A stretch of 64,000 nucleotides of DNA from Nitrosopumilus sp. (GCA_965205425.1 CBDBGZ010000004.1:128001-192000), one strand, 5' to 3'. Numbered from the stretch's first letter, positions 43,010 to 55,113 are shown. Numbers and translations: made by a program. Notes: generated by a model from the sequence alone, not told the origin.

Positions 43010-45860
43010 TTACTCTGATATGTTATCCTCATAGATTCTCTTTAGTTTGGAGCTACATGTAGGACACTGTTGCTTGCTATGAATCGTACTGCATTGGGCA
43101 CAGCAAAACTCTGTAGAATTAGAATTTTGATTCAGTCTTGCTATCTGCTCTTGCAGTTCAGCAATCTTTTTCTTGTTTTCTTCAGCATCTTGCTGTTGTT
43201 GTTTGAGAAATGATTCATGTCTCGTAAGTATGGAATCTTTATTTTGATCTGCAATTTCTTTTGCTTTGAGTTTTGCCAAGGCATCATTGAGTTCAATCTT
43301 TAAAGAATCTGAATCATCATTTCCTGATACAACGTTTGAGAATTTTGTAAATATGTGAGACATGGGCATAACTAATTCTAATTTTTGAGTCAATTCTCAA
43401 ATTATTCAAATAGAAAAAGCTAAGGATCTTATCATGTTTTGTTCATTGTAATGTCAAAACAAATGAAAATCCCTAACAAGATTCTATCGGAATCATTTCT
43501 TATTGGTATTTTGTATTTGGTGGGAATGTTGTCTTTGTATGAAGAGATACTGAAACCTGGTAGACCGTACGTATACTCTACAATTCTAATGGTACAGCTG
43601 TCCATCATAAAATCTTGGATGAGAATTCCTAGTAACAATACATTACATTATTTCCTTTCAATCAAACCTTCCAATGACAAACTGCTCAAGGTTTGCAAAT
43701 TAACTCAAATTCCAGACAGAAGAACTATTGACAGACGATTTCAATTTCTACCAATTAGTGACATGATTAGTACCATGGGCAACAAATTCATCTCAGAGGG
43801 ATTGGTGGAAAATGTTTCAGCATCAGGGGATAGTTCAATGCTAAAAGCAGATGGTCCAGTATGGCACAAATCAGACATAAGGAACAATCGTCTACCAATC
43901 CCAGGAATTGATACTGATGCAAAATGGGGTTTTTCAAAATCAAAGGGTTGGATATTTGGATACAAACTGCACATGAGTTGCAGTACTGGAAAACTGATAG
44001 TTCCATTGTCTGCTGATGTCTCAACTGCAAATGTTTCTGATGGTAAAATGTATGAAACGTTAGTCAAACCACTTGCAGGACTGGTTGAAAATATTTTATG
44101 TGATGTGCCATATGATGATAAATCATTATATCAGTTTAGTGATGAGAGACATTTGAGATTGATTTGTTCTATCAAAATATATCCATCAACACCGCCAGAG
44201 CGAATCAAACTTGCAGATTTTTATAATTCTGTACAAGGTCAAGAGTTGTACTCACAAAGAAAAGTCTCAATTGAACCTTTATTTGAAATATTCAAAGATA
44301 CGTTCAACATTAGAACTGTACATGTGAAAGGATTTGACAACGTGAAATCATTTGTATTGGTTTGTGTGTTGGTGTATCAACTTGTAGTATATTACAACTG
44401 TATAATTGGAGCAGAAAATCCAAGAACTGTAAAGAGAATGCTTTGCTGTTAGGAAATGACTGAGAGTTATTTTTGTAAATAATTATGCCCAAGTCTCAAA
44501 TATGTTTAGTCGCTTGGAAGCTTTAGCATATTCCGTTCTTATGCTGTCTGGGAATAATTTTGCTTGTTTTTTGTAAGAGTTTTTTGGTTTGTGTCCCACC
44601 ACTTCTTCTACTACATCTTCACGGCAATTACAATCAGTTAAAACAGATACCAATACATCACGAATCTCATGTGAATCCATATTGTAGATATTTTTTTCGT
44701 TGGCAGTCTTACCGATTATTTTTAATATTCCTGCTCTTGTGGCAATTCTATGAAAAGCATGACTTATCCACCAATCAGTAATTGGTTTTCCAAATTTGTT
44801 TAAAAATATTGGTTCTCCAATTTGTATATCTTGTTTTGTCTGCTTTTTTCTGAAATCAAGATACCTCTGTAATTCATAAACTGCATCTCTATCAAGACAT
44901 CCAATATGGTTGTAATCTACTTTGATTCTTACAAGGGTGATTGGTACAGGGCATTTATTGAGATCCCATGAATTGTAATTTTCAGAACCAAAATATTTGA
45001 CTAGTTGTTCCAATGCTTCAAAATTGAATCTATCGGCCAATGTTGCTCGGTCCAATCCCCTATGAAATTTACATAAAAATAACGCTTTTTCCATTATTGA
45101 GGGTTTACCGACAGTCAAAAATTTCATCAAATCAGATAATGTCATACTTTGTTCTTCTATGGTATTGTTGTTTGTGATTGTCGGATCATATTGAAAATTA
45201 ATCTCTTGTTCATTTTTTTCAAAATATGATACTATTGCAGATTTGATCAACGTTAATGAACTTGCTTTAAAATTTGAATGTTTTTCATCAAGAAGATATT
45301 GTTTTATGATTCGTATGATTGTCTTTTTTTCTATGAATGGTCCTTCTAAAATGTTTAAAATTTCCTCCACATTTTGAAATTGTCTATATTCAGTTTTTTG
45401 CGTGAATGCACTTTCATCAATACGATGCAGAGTTTGAATTTTGAATCTCCTTTCATTATTTTCAATGTCTGGTGATGTAAGCCATTTGTTAAAATTCCAT
45501 AATTGACGTAAATATGCTTTTTTGGTACTATTTTGTGCTGTTTTGGCATTTTTTTGTCTATTTCCCCTTAATTGAGATTGCCAGTATTGAATTGATTTTA
45601 TCTGTATAAACCATGTAGGAATATGTGTATCATCAATTCTTTCAACCATATTGTTGTCTTTGGCAAATTTCATCATTTTTTGACTTTTCAGCAATGCACT
45701 TTCTTTTTTATTATTACATATTTTTAAAAGGATTTTTTTATTTTTCTCAAATAATGAATTTGCTGTAACTGTTTCGCCAATTTTCGGGAAACATATTTTT
45801 TCAAATGTCATTGGAAATTCTTGATTATCTGTAATAACTGTATAGAGGTATGACTGTTTC
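43010..45860 (-). pseudogene. Tyrosine recombinase/integrase (~550 aa) with C-terminal coiled coil and Zn ribbon, IS-interrupted
   Basis: HEIRD, GHK and Y catalytic pattern; frame RLNIF-TKFSNV restored after IS removal. Confidence 0.8.
43357..44497 (+). mobile_element. DDE IS element (IS5/IS982-like), transposase 43439-44452
   Basis: TIR GAGAC(A/T)TGGGCATAA; 8-bp TSD AAATATGT; GYKLH motif. Confidence 0.85.
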
Positions 45861-46889
45861 TGTTGTATCCCAAAATCAGTTCGTCCCTTATTTGACATCG
45901 TATTCTTCTCCTGTCTGCTCATCAATAACTCTTGTTCCTTTCTCTGGCATCTTTCTTGCATATGCCTTTGCAGGGGTCTCAAGATTATCCCAGTCAAGTG
46001 ACATGTGTGGCTTTATGTGATTGTACCAGTGGACCAGCTCATCAATGGTGCCAAACCATTTCTGCTTTCTCTGAATCTCGCCGTGAAATCTTTCGAGCTT
46101 GCCATTGGTTTGAGGATGGTTCACTCTTGCCATGATATGCTTTATCTCTAATTTTACCAGTTCTTGCTCAAACTGGGATGCTCCTTTTCTCTTGTATTCT
46201 GATTGGTTTGCATAAAACTGGGAGCCATGATCAGTTAGAATTGATGCAGGCCTACCGTGCTTTGCAATTGCCTCATGTAATACTACAAGTGCGTTATCTG
46301 TTGTTGCCTCTGCAAACACTCCATGAGAAACGATAAACCTTGATGCGTCATCCTGGTAGCATAAGAACCATCTGCCATCATCTAGCTTCTTCCAGTCAGT
46401 ATGCCACATGGAGTTTGAATATGTCCTCTCGTATCTAACCCACTTTCGTCTTCTCCTCTTCTTTGGCTGAGCTTCTGCCAACCCTTCATCTCTCATAATT
46501 TTGTGTATGGTATTGTGAGGTATGTGTGTTCCAGTAGTATCAATTATTTTCTCCAAGAATACTGCAGAACACCTGAACTTTTCAAATGCTGACTGGACAG
46601 TCTGTACCATCTGCTCTGTGATTATTCCCTTTGGCCTTCCAGGCTTGCCTAGAATCGGAACTGCACCAGTACGGCTATACCGTGAGTAGAGTTTCTGCAC
46701 CCACCGAACAGATATCTTCATGGATGAGGCTACGTCTGCGTTCTTGGCACCATCCTCTTTTGACTTGATTATCCAGGATATCTGGATTGGATCTAATTTT
46801 TGCATAATCTTGTGATTCTTTCCTCTTTTCCAAACGTATCTTGACTTTAGTCTGGAAATAATGGGGTGAACTAATTTGAGGATAATAGA
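45861..46889 (-). mobile_element. IS481-family element, type B copy 2
   Basis: 15-bp TSD AGGTATGACTGTTTC; transposase 45888-46805. Confidence 0.9.
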
Positions 46890-46914
46890 AGGTATGACTG
46901 TTTCACATACATTC

Positions 46915-47956
46915 TATCTTTTCCGGAAATTAGTTCACCCCTTAACTAGGAGAGCATCATTCCCATACTATCGTATGCGTGGGTATCGTGGCATACCTAT
47001 GGTAAAGTTAGATGAGAATAAGATCAGGTGGATTATACAATCTAAAAATGAAAAAGTCAAGAATTTAGATATTTCAGTAATCCTCAAGATAACGCCTAGA
47101 AGAGTACAACAAGTCTACTCTCAGTACAAAAAAACCAAAAAGATTCCCACACTCAAAAGACCAGGGCGTCCAAAAAAGCCAGTCACTGTACACGAGATAG
47201 AGCTAGTCAAACAAGTTCAAGAAAAATTTCATACAAACGCACTATACCTTGAGAAAATCATATCAAAATTGTACAATACCAAGATAAACCACAATCGCAT
47301 CCACAAGATTATGCTAGATGAAGGATTATCAGTTGAGCAACCACGGAAAAAGATGAGAAGAAAGTGGATCAGGTATGAACGTGAATATTCAAATTCACTG
47401 TGGCATACTGACTGGCACACAATACATGATTCACGCTGGGCAGGAAAACAACTAATTGCATTTGAAGATGATGCCTCACGATTTATCACGGGTTTCGGAG
47501 TGTATGATGAGGCAACATCTGTGAATTCTTCTGAAGTACTATCTGATGCAATAAAGAATCACGGTAGACCAGCATCTGTACTATCTGATAATGGAAAACA
47601 GTTCACATCAAATGTCAATACTCTTGATCATAACAAGCCAGTAGACTTTGAGCAGCAACTAATGAGACATCACGTAAAGCACTCTCGTACAAGAGTGAGA
47701 CATCCACAAACAAATGGTAAGCTAGAAAAGTTCTGGGATATCTTTGAGTGTAAAATAGAATACTTTGAGTCAGTGGAGCAGTTTATGCATTGGTACAATC
47801 ACATTAGAGTTCATGGCGCACTAGACTTGGATAACATGGAGACACCATCTGATGCGTATCACTCCAAGATGATAACAAACGAAATACTCATAGACCCAAG
47901 CATTCTATGGAGGAATTACTCATGAAAGTGACACGAAATAATTTCTGGAAAGAACA
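46915..47956 (+). mobile_element. IS481-family element, type A copy 3
   Basis: Near-identical to copies 1 and 2. Confidence 0.9.
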
Positions 47957-48116
47957 AATTTACTGTTCTTGCAAAATACTGATACATATTCAAATTAAAT
48001 TTGTGCGTTCTAAAATATTCCATAACTGTATGCCTCATCTCACGAATAGATTCATAAAATTCTGATTCAACATTAACATGTTTGCACTGTCTCCAAATCT
48101 CTTCAATCATACTCAA
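47957..48116 (-). pseudogene. Probable IS630-like transposase C-terminal relic
   Basis: IEEIWRQCK motif. Confidence 0.45.
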
Positions 48117-48171
48117 ATGTGGAGAACCTCTCAGAATTGATTTATATGATAAAATAAAAAGTCAAATTAGC

Positions 48172-48579
48172 ATGAGCCAAGAAAATCCATCATCTACAAA
48201 CAATGCTTTTGTTCAAACAGACGATCTATATTCAATATACGAACAAACTACTCTGAAATATTTTGAGAATGTTAGAAAGAACTATCCACAATACTTTCAG
48301 GCACTGACTAATTTCCAGCAAGAATGCATAAAGACATTTGAGAATACCATACACACCATGATTAAAACACAACAAAACTATGCCAAACAATATAGCATGA
48401 ATAGTATAATTTCAACAGATGCAAAAAATACAATATCAGAGTGCACCTCACAGATGATTCAGGCAAGTGATATAAATTCCAAAATCAGAAAGACCGTACT
48501 TGATACGATGACTGAAAATCTCAAAGTTTTCAATGACAGTGTAAAGTCATTTGCCGATGTATCCAAGTCTGCAAACTAG
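48172..48579 (+). CDS. Helical hypothetical protein
   Basis: ATG at 48172; Gln/Thr-rich. Confidence 0.6.
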   Translation: MSQENPSSTNNAFVQTDDLYSIYEQTTLKYFENVRKNYPQYFQALTNFQQECIKTFENTIHTMIKTQQNYAKQYSMNSIISTDAKNTISECTSQMIQASDINSKIRKTVLDTMTENLKVFNDSVKSFADVSKSAN

Positions 48580-49068
48580 AAAAAAATCATATCTGATGAA
48601 ATGTTAAATTTAATTTTTTATTTTACAAATCATTCCAAGCTAGAGACATTCCAAGCTAGAATGAATCTTTTTTATTTTCATAAAATTAGTTCTTTTATGA
48701 TGTGACGTTATTTTTTGTTTTATGAATTGTAATGTAGTAGAATCATGACTGTATTTCTCAGATTCTACTAATTTTAGAAAAAACAATGAACTGAGGAGAT
48801 GTTGCAAAGACTAGGCCCACGTGCATTTAATTTTATTTACATTTAATTTTTTGATTTTAGGATAAAATTAATTTAAAATTTCAGGACTGGGCCCCCTTGC
48901 ATCTCAAATTAATTTCAATGTAAAATGAGATTAACTTTTCATTTTTAAACTTCATTCCGGGATTCTCATGCGATGTCACATTAATTTCAGGTATTGTGCT
49001 GGGATTATTCCATTTCAGAAAAGTTTTGTATCCATGAAATGATAGTACAGTGTAAATAGAGTCAATTT

Positions 49069-50535
49069 ATGAAGGTGTACAATAACATGAATTATACAAA
49101 AAACAATCAAAAAATGACTTTCTTGTTTGCTGGAATAATTGGTATGATGATATTACCATTTGGTACAATGAGCGATACTTTTGCCCAGAGTGAACCCGGT
49201 GAGGATTCTACAGGCAAGACAGGACCAGTTGGAACTGTAAATGAATCTGCTGATATCAAATTACAGGAATTAGAAAAAAAACAACAGGATCTAAAAAACA
49301 AACATCATGCAATAAATGAGGAATTCAACAGTACCAATTCAACTAAAAAAATTATAGAATTAAAGTCAGACTACATCCAGACCATCAAAGAACTCAACGT
49401 CATATCTTATGTAGAGCCTGAAAGAGATTACCTTGCAGAATGGACAGCATTGGATTCAACAATAATGGATCTTGAGGACAAACAAATAGAGGAATACTCT
49501 GAGCAAAGACAGCAAATAATTGATGCCCTATATCAGCAAATGCATCAATTGGATCAAGATAGTATTGATTCAATGAAATTAGATCCACACGTTAAAGAAG
49601 AACTAGAGTCCTTAGAATCTGAACTAATTGCCATGTATTTTGACCATACTGCTGATATCTATGTCGGAAAGTCTTCTGTGATATATCCTTACATTGATCA
49701 TGAGCAACAAAATGTGGTTCTTTTGATTGACGAGACCAAAACACTTGATGTAAAAGATATTTCATCAATTTCAATTGCACAAAATGTGCTTGAAAATTAC
49801 AATGTAACTGTTGCCTTTACAACATTTACAGAAATATCGTGTTCCAATGTCACTTCTGACTGTGATCCTCTAATTGGAGGCATATCACTTGCCAGAGATG
49901 ATTCAAGAAATTCTCTTGCAGGAAGTGTGGGATTTAGAGCCAAAGACAGTAGTAACAATGTTGGTTTTGTAACTGCAGGACATGTAGTTCAATATAGGGA
50001 TTCCACAAACACGCAGATGCATCAACCAGTTGGCGGTTCTGTAGTTGGTACAATCTCAGACAATGGTGATATGGTATGCTATACTGCTGGTGGAGTAGAC
50101 AGTGGTGAACAAACAAGCAACAACAAAAACTGTGACTTTGCATTTGTCAAGATGAACCGCGGTGTATCAATCAATGATGACATATACAAGTCATCTAGAA
50201 GCACATATGATATCAACAGTATGGCAACTGAATCCAATCATCGGGAAGGAAAACTGTTGAAATGGGTTGGTGCAGTAAGTGGGGTACAGCAGGGCAGAAT
50301 CAATGCTTGTCATAATCTTATCCAAGTATGTTCCATTGAAGTGAATTCTCACCCTAGTACTGGTGGTGATAGTGGCGGCCCTGTATTTGAAGGGAGAACA
50401 GCTTCACGAAATACATTCACTGCAAATATTTTTGGCATTAATACTCACATTGCAACTATTAACGGTGAAAACTTGTTCATATACGAACCATCATACAAAA
50501 TCATGGATGAACTAAATCTTAGACCATATCATTGA
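49069..50535 (+). CDS. Secreted chymotrypsin-like (S1) serine protease with long pro-region
   Basis: Signal peptide; catalytic triad motifs TAGH, DFAF and GDSGGP. Confidence 0.85.
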   Translation: MKVYNNMNYTKNNQKMTFLFAGIIGMMILPFGTMSDTFAQSEPGEDSTGKTGPVGTVNESADIKLQELEKKQQDLKNKHHAINEEFNSTNSTKKIIELKSDYIQTIKELNVISYVEPERDYLAEWTALDSTIMDLEDKQIEEYSEQRQQIIDALYQQMHQLDQDSIDSMKLDPHVKEELESLESELIAMYFDHTADIYVGKSSVIYPYIDHEQQNVVLLIDETKTLDVKDISSISIAQNVLENYNVTVAFTTFTEISCSNVTSDCDPLIGGISLARDDSRNSLAGSVGFRAKDSSNNVGFVTAGHVVQYRDSTNTQMHQPVGGSVVGTISDNGDMVCYTAGGVDSGEQTSNNKNCDFAFVKMNRGVSINDDIYKSSRSTYDINSMATESNHREGKLLKWVGAVSGVQQGRINACHNLIQVCSIEVNSHPSTGGDSGGPVFEGRTASRNTFTANIFGINTHIATINGENLFIYEPSYKIMDELNLRPYH

Positions 50536-51143
50536 TCCTTTTTCTTTTTTGTTCTATTTCCTTATTGTTTCTTTTACATATTCCAGTATCTTACGGAATA
50601 GAAGAAAGTCTGTCTGTTTTAGGGCCTGGCAACTACAATGACACACGATATCTTTTTTATTATAATGTGGAAAACTCTACAGTAATTGACAAGCAAGATC
50701 CATATGATGATTTTTCTTTTGGATTCAATACAACATTGAATACAGATGGGTTTATGAAGTTCAAGGCTCCAAAAAACTATCCATATGATCAGACATATGA
50801 TCCTGTTTGGGCTTTTTTTACATTTATGAATGGCACTAGAGGTGATATTATTCTTGACAAACACACGGTATTGCCAAATGATTGTTTTTATGAAGTAGAT
50901 GTGTTTGTAGGAGACATTAGAGATATTGCATTTTTTACTATATGGGCTCTTTCACTTGATCTTGTTTATCACCCATTAGATGTTCCAGACAAATGTCTCT
51001 CTCAGACCATTGAAGGATACAAAACTATGGATGATTCTCACGCTATGGAAATATGGAAAAACATACGAGGGGAATCAGTATCTGTTTTTTCATCCTCTGT
51101 TGAGAAATTAATTCAATGGGGATATCTTGTAGAAAAACAATAA
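50532..51143 (+). CDS. Exported hypothetical protein
   Basis: Signal peptide; coupled to the protease; C-terminal SVEKLIQWGY. Confidence 0.7.
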   Translation: MILFLFCSISLLFLLHIPVSYGIEESLSVLGPGNYNDTRYLFYYNVENSTVIDKQDPYDDFSFGFNTTLNTDGFMKFKAPKNYPYDQTYDPVWAFFTFMNGTRGDIILDKHTVLPNDCFYEVDVFVGDIRDIAFFTIWALSLDLVYHPLDVPDKCLSQTIEGYKTMDDSHAMEIWKNIRGESVSVFSSSVEKLIQWGYLVEKQ

Positions 51144-51541
51144 AAATTACACTGTTACATCTTAGGTCGTTTTTACCAATTTCCCCATTTTCAAACTAGT
51201 GTTACATTCGGTTGGTAAAGTGTTACGTTAGGGTGATAAATTTACAATAATTCAAAATAAAGACAATCTTGAATCTATTCCTAAATAATTATAGTCATAG
51301 TTCAGGTAAAGAACAGACTTCGGTTATTTTTTTCCAGTTAAAAGAAATATCTGGTTTTCCTTTGGTTGTTTCTATCAAAGACAAAGATCGCCACAATATG
51401 AATTCATATTTGAGAAATCATACTCTGCTATAGCGAAAAGATAAAGTTCGTGAACTAAATAATCCCAAAACAAAAAACTTTTTGATCAGTTAACCCAACA
51501 AAATACATGAACAAGTTAGAATCACTTGAAGCAGCATACAA

Positions 51542-52687
51542 TAGTTAAGGCATTAAATATTTGAATAATTTCACAACTCGAACGTCTCCATTATCTAGTC
51601 TCTTCTGCATGTGTTTTCTCATCTCAGTTCCATTTGCAAAGAATGTATTGGCATTACCATTTTTCTCCTCTCTCCACTGTACCTCAATTGGATTGAGTTC
51701 TGGAGTGTATGCAGGAAAATATCTAATTATTACTTTATTTTTTGGTGCTTTGAGAAATTCTTTTACTCTGAGACTTTTGTGGTATGATGCATTATCTGCA
51801 AATAATAACAGTTTCTTACCAAATTGTTTTTGTAGTGACTCTAAAAAATCAAGAAATGAGTCTGTGTTTGATTTATCATAGAATCTGCAAAAAAATACGC
51901 CGTCATCCCCCAATGCACCAAATGATTGAAACTTTTCTCGAGTATAGTTGATTTTGGTTTGTGTATTTTTTCCTTTTAGATACCAGCCTTTTTTGATATT
52001 TGGAGCTATCTTGTTTGTTGACTCATCCAGACATAATGTGGTGTATCCCAATTTGGAATATTTTTTGATACTCCTTTTTGCGTTTTTTTAAAACGGGTTT
52101 GTTCCTCTTTTGAGGCTGATTTGTGATGAGTCTGTCTTGGTTTTTAGATGAGAATCCGATACGGTGCAGCAATTCACGCATTCCTCTTGCAGAGTATAGT
52201 GTGTTGTATTTTTTATTCACATGTGTGATTACCATTCTTGTACTCCACATGAATTGGTTAAATCCAAACTTTTCTGGACCTGAAATTAGATCATCTCTTA
52301 ATGACACTAGTTGTTTTTTTATCTAAGAAACATCTAGAGCCAGAATATTCCTTGCGGCGTGATGCAGATATTCCCTCTCGGTTCATTTGGTTTAACCAAT
52401 TACTAAGAGTTGATGGTATGATATCAAGACTGATGCATATTTGAGAATATGTCATGTCTTGTTTGCGTAGAATTGCAGCCTTTAGTCTTATCTTTGCTTT
52501 TGCATTTTTTTCATTCTTGCATGTTTTTCTTAAAAAATTAATGCTTGTACCTTTCATGAATTGATTCCCAGAGGAAACCTTGGATTGTCTTGTACTCTTT
52601 GACATGGTTTCATGAATTGATTCTACGATCTAGATCTTTTGGGTTAAAATACTTGACAGTTTATTCAGAATTTATATGCCTAAACTA
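51542..52687 (-). mobile_element. IS630-family element, multiply frameshifted
   Basis: TA-ended IR TAGTT(A/T)AGGCAT; LDES, DNASYH and PELNPIE motifs. Confidence 0.85.
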
Positions 52688-52689
52688 TA

Positions 52690-53009
52690 CTCTGGATGTT
52701 GACGGAGTCAGAATAAGACTTGCACTAGTGGACACGCCAGAACGAGAGGAACCAGGATATGCAGAAGCTACTGCATTCACACGCCACAACTGTCCAGTTG
52801 GAAGTACGGCAATGTATGATGCAGATGACGGACAAACTGGCGGCTCTTATGGCAGAGTAATTGGCAAGGTGTGGTGCTTTGGACATCCAGTGGAAACACC
52901 AGACACATCACTGAACGCGATGCTGATTCATGCAGGACATGCAGAAATATTATCCAGATTCTGCAGTGCCAGTGAGTTTAGTTCAGACGATTGGACAAAC
53001 TGCCAGTGA
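52690..53009 (+). pseudogene. Thermonuclease (SNase), 5'-truncated at IS630
   Basis: IRLALVDTPE, YGRVIG and LNAMLI motifs. Confidence 0.8.
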
Positions 53010-53149
53010 GGTCTCTTCACACAAATATTTTTTTTTTGACCTGACAATCCTTCCAAACCCGTATTATCTTTGATTGTACAATCAAAGGCTGACAGGCAGA
53101 CGGGTGTGAGAAAGGCAAATGGTGTTTGAGACACCAGAAGGTAAAAAAA

Positions 53150-53527
53150 ATGGGAATGTACGATACAGTAATAGCAACAGTGACATGTCCCTACTGCAAC
53201 AATTCATATCTCCATGAAGACATCCAGACAAAATCATTTGTATGTGATCTCTCAGAGATATATGAAAAGGATGACACACGACATCTCAAAGGCAAAAACG
53301 GCAGACAAAACGCATTTGCCAACATCAAAGACATTGATTTTCCAGGCATTACATCGTGCCAAATGTGCAATGCATATTTGGACGTCACATGCAAGATAAG
53401 GAGATACATCCTCATCAAGGCAATAGTTACAGGAATGAAGACAAAAACCAATGGGAAAAATCCTCATGTTCTAAATTTGAATCCTGGAACAAAATTTGCA
53501 GTAGAGAATCAGTTTTTACGAAAATAA
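53150..53527 (+). CDS. Zn-binding hypothetical protein
   Basis: MGMYDTV...CPYC...QTK...CQMC. Confidence 0.7.
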   Translation: MGMYDTVIATVTCPYCNNSYLHEDIQTKSFVCDLSEIYEKDDTRHLKGKNGRQNAFANIKDIDFPGITSCQMCNAYLDVTCKIRRYILIKAIVTGMKTKTNGKNPHVLNLNPGTKFAVENQFLRK

Positions 53528-53653
53528 AAACAACCCCACAACTTTTTTTTATGTGACCTGACAATCCTCTCAAATCCTGCATCATTCCATATGGAACTGA
53601 CAGGCAGACAGGTGTGGAGATGGTACAGATGCTTGCAGCATCATACAAAAATC

Positions 53654-54037
53654 ATGAAAGAGAAAACAACAAACAAAGTAAGAACCAGTCTAGTGCGAAA
53701 ACAAAACGTGATATTTGTGGCAATGGTAGCAGTTGGGTCATCCCTAACTGTCATGAGTCAACTAACAGATTCGCGACTGCTAAGTGAAGGCATAGCCTTT
53801 ATTATAGTTGGGTTTGTAGGTATGTTAATGTCTTGGACCACGATGGATATTGGCACAAGTATCAAAGAGGCAATATATGATGTTGGCAGACAAAACATGG
53901 TCGCATTGGAATCCATTGCATCATCTCAGAAAGAGATAGCATCTTCTCAAAAGGAGATGGGCAAGTCTCTCAATGAGATCAAAGACATTCTAGGTACACA
54001 TACTACAATTCTAGAGAACCTAGAGAAAAAAGACTGA
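53654..54037 (+). CDS. Two-TM coiled-coil protein
   Basis: TM pair plus IASSQKE repeat. Confidence 0.65.
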   Translation: MKEKTTNKVRTSLVRKQNVIFVAMVAVGSSLTVMSQLTDSRLLSEGIAFIIVGFVGMLMSWTTMDIGTSIKEAIYDVGRQNMVALESIASSQKEIASSQKEMGKSLNEIKDILGTHTTILENLEKKD

Positions 54038-54282
54038 GTTTTCAAAAACCCACAATATTTTTTGACTGAGTCATGCACTCCAAACCAACATTATTTGTAG
54101 CAATACAAATCGACTCAGCGAGCTGGTGTGAGATGTGTAAAGAAGATCAAAATAGATTTTCAAAACATTCCTACAGGACTGTACTGCGGTTTCATCCAAG
54201 CGATGAATCCAAACAACAGTTCTCATGACAGGAATCGTACTGCTGGAGACGTTACTACCAGATTATAGGAGGTTGAACCTTT

Positions 54283-55113
54283 ATGGTCCAACAAACAAGT
54301 GAAAGTGAAATCACAAAAATCAATTCACATCAAAAAACAATACAATACATGACAGATATGGCATCATCCATATGTGCAATTCAGGCAGAGCATGCACATC
54401 CCTTGAACAAGGAGTCATACCTCACATATACAGAAACAGAAAAGATACTGTACAAGATGCTTACTGAGAACACGGGGGCAAACATACTTGATTCGGGAGG
54501 AGCATATGGCAGACACTGGCAGCAAAACCGCGGGATTGCCGACTTTAAGAGCATACCTAGTGTGAAAATCCACAAAATGTATGGTGCAGCAAAACACGTC
54601 TTTGCAATAGTTAACGATATTGCAACGTATGACAAGGCAGTAGACTGCAAGTTCCACAAGTTTGCAGCAGCACCAGAAAATCGAGACAAATTATGGGTTG
54701 AGAACATGGAAGAGTTTGCTGAGACGTATAACGAGGATGATTGGATGAAAGATCATGGCGCAAACACATACGGTTTCGAGTCCTATTGTGGCAACCAGGA
54801 AATGCAGTACGATTTTCTCACAATAGATGGCTACACATACATCGTCTTGCAATTCCATGGAGGATGCGACATACGCGGAGGATACACAACACCGCACGTC
54901 TTTAGATGCGACTATGATGATTTCATAATTGCAAGCACACAGGTATCCATTAGCTGCATGTGTAACTGTGCATATTCTGACGGCTTTGACTGGACTGCTG
55001 AATCAGGAGATGACATAGAGTTCTCATGGGATGACGGATTACACCAAGACTGGAACTGGAAGAATGATAACACATTGTTGTGCAGTAAATGCAAAGAAAG
55101 GGTTGCAGCATAG
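54283..55113 (+). CDS. Mobile-element hypothetical protein
   Basis: ENTG..LDSGGAYGRHWQ and HGGCDIRGGYT motifs; AGGAGG RBS. Confidence 0.75.
   Translation: MVQQTSESEITKINSHQKTIQYMTDMASSICAIQAEHAHPLNKESYLTYTETEKILYKMLTENTGANILDSGGAYGRHWQQNRGIADFKSIPSVKIHKMYGAAKHVFAIVNDIATYDKAVDCKFHKFAAAPENRDKLWVENMEEFAETYNEDDWMKDHGANTYGFESYCGNQEMQYDFLTIDGYTYIVLQFHGGCDIRGGYTTPHVFRCDYDDFIIASTQVSISCMCNCAYSDGFDWTAESGDDIEFSWDDGLHQDWNWKNDNTLLCSKCKERVAA

Larger units (their letters stand above)
53037..54137 (+). repeat. Three related ~75-bp structured intergenic elements (53037-53115, 53554-53623, 54063-54137)
   Basis: Each has T-tract-TGAC...CAAA.C...central palindrome...GGTGTG with co-varying stems. Confidence 0.75.

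Noticed and set aside
44483..45997. 504-aa ORF as an intact transposase-integrase fusion
   Set aside because: The N-terminus is read from the IS481 end and the C-terminus from another IS TIR; both are insertion artefacts.
48630..48660. Tandem repeat CATTCCAAGCTAGA
   Set aside because: Only two copies; consistent with a local duplication or excision scar.
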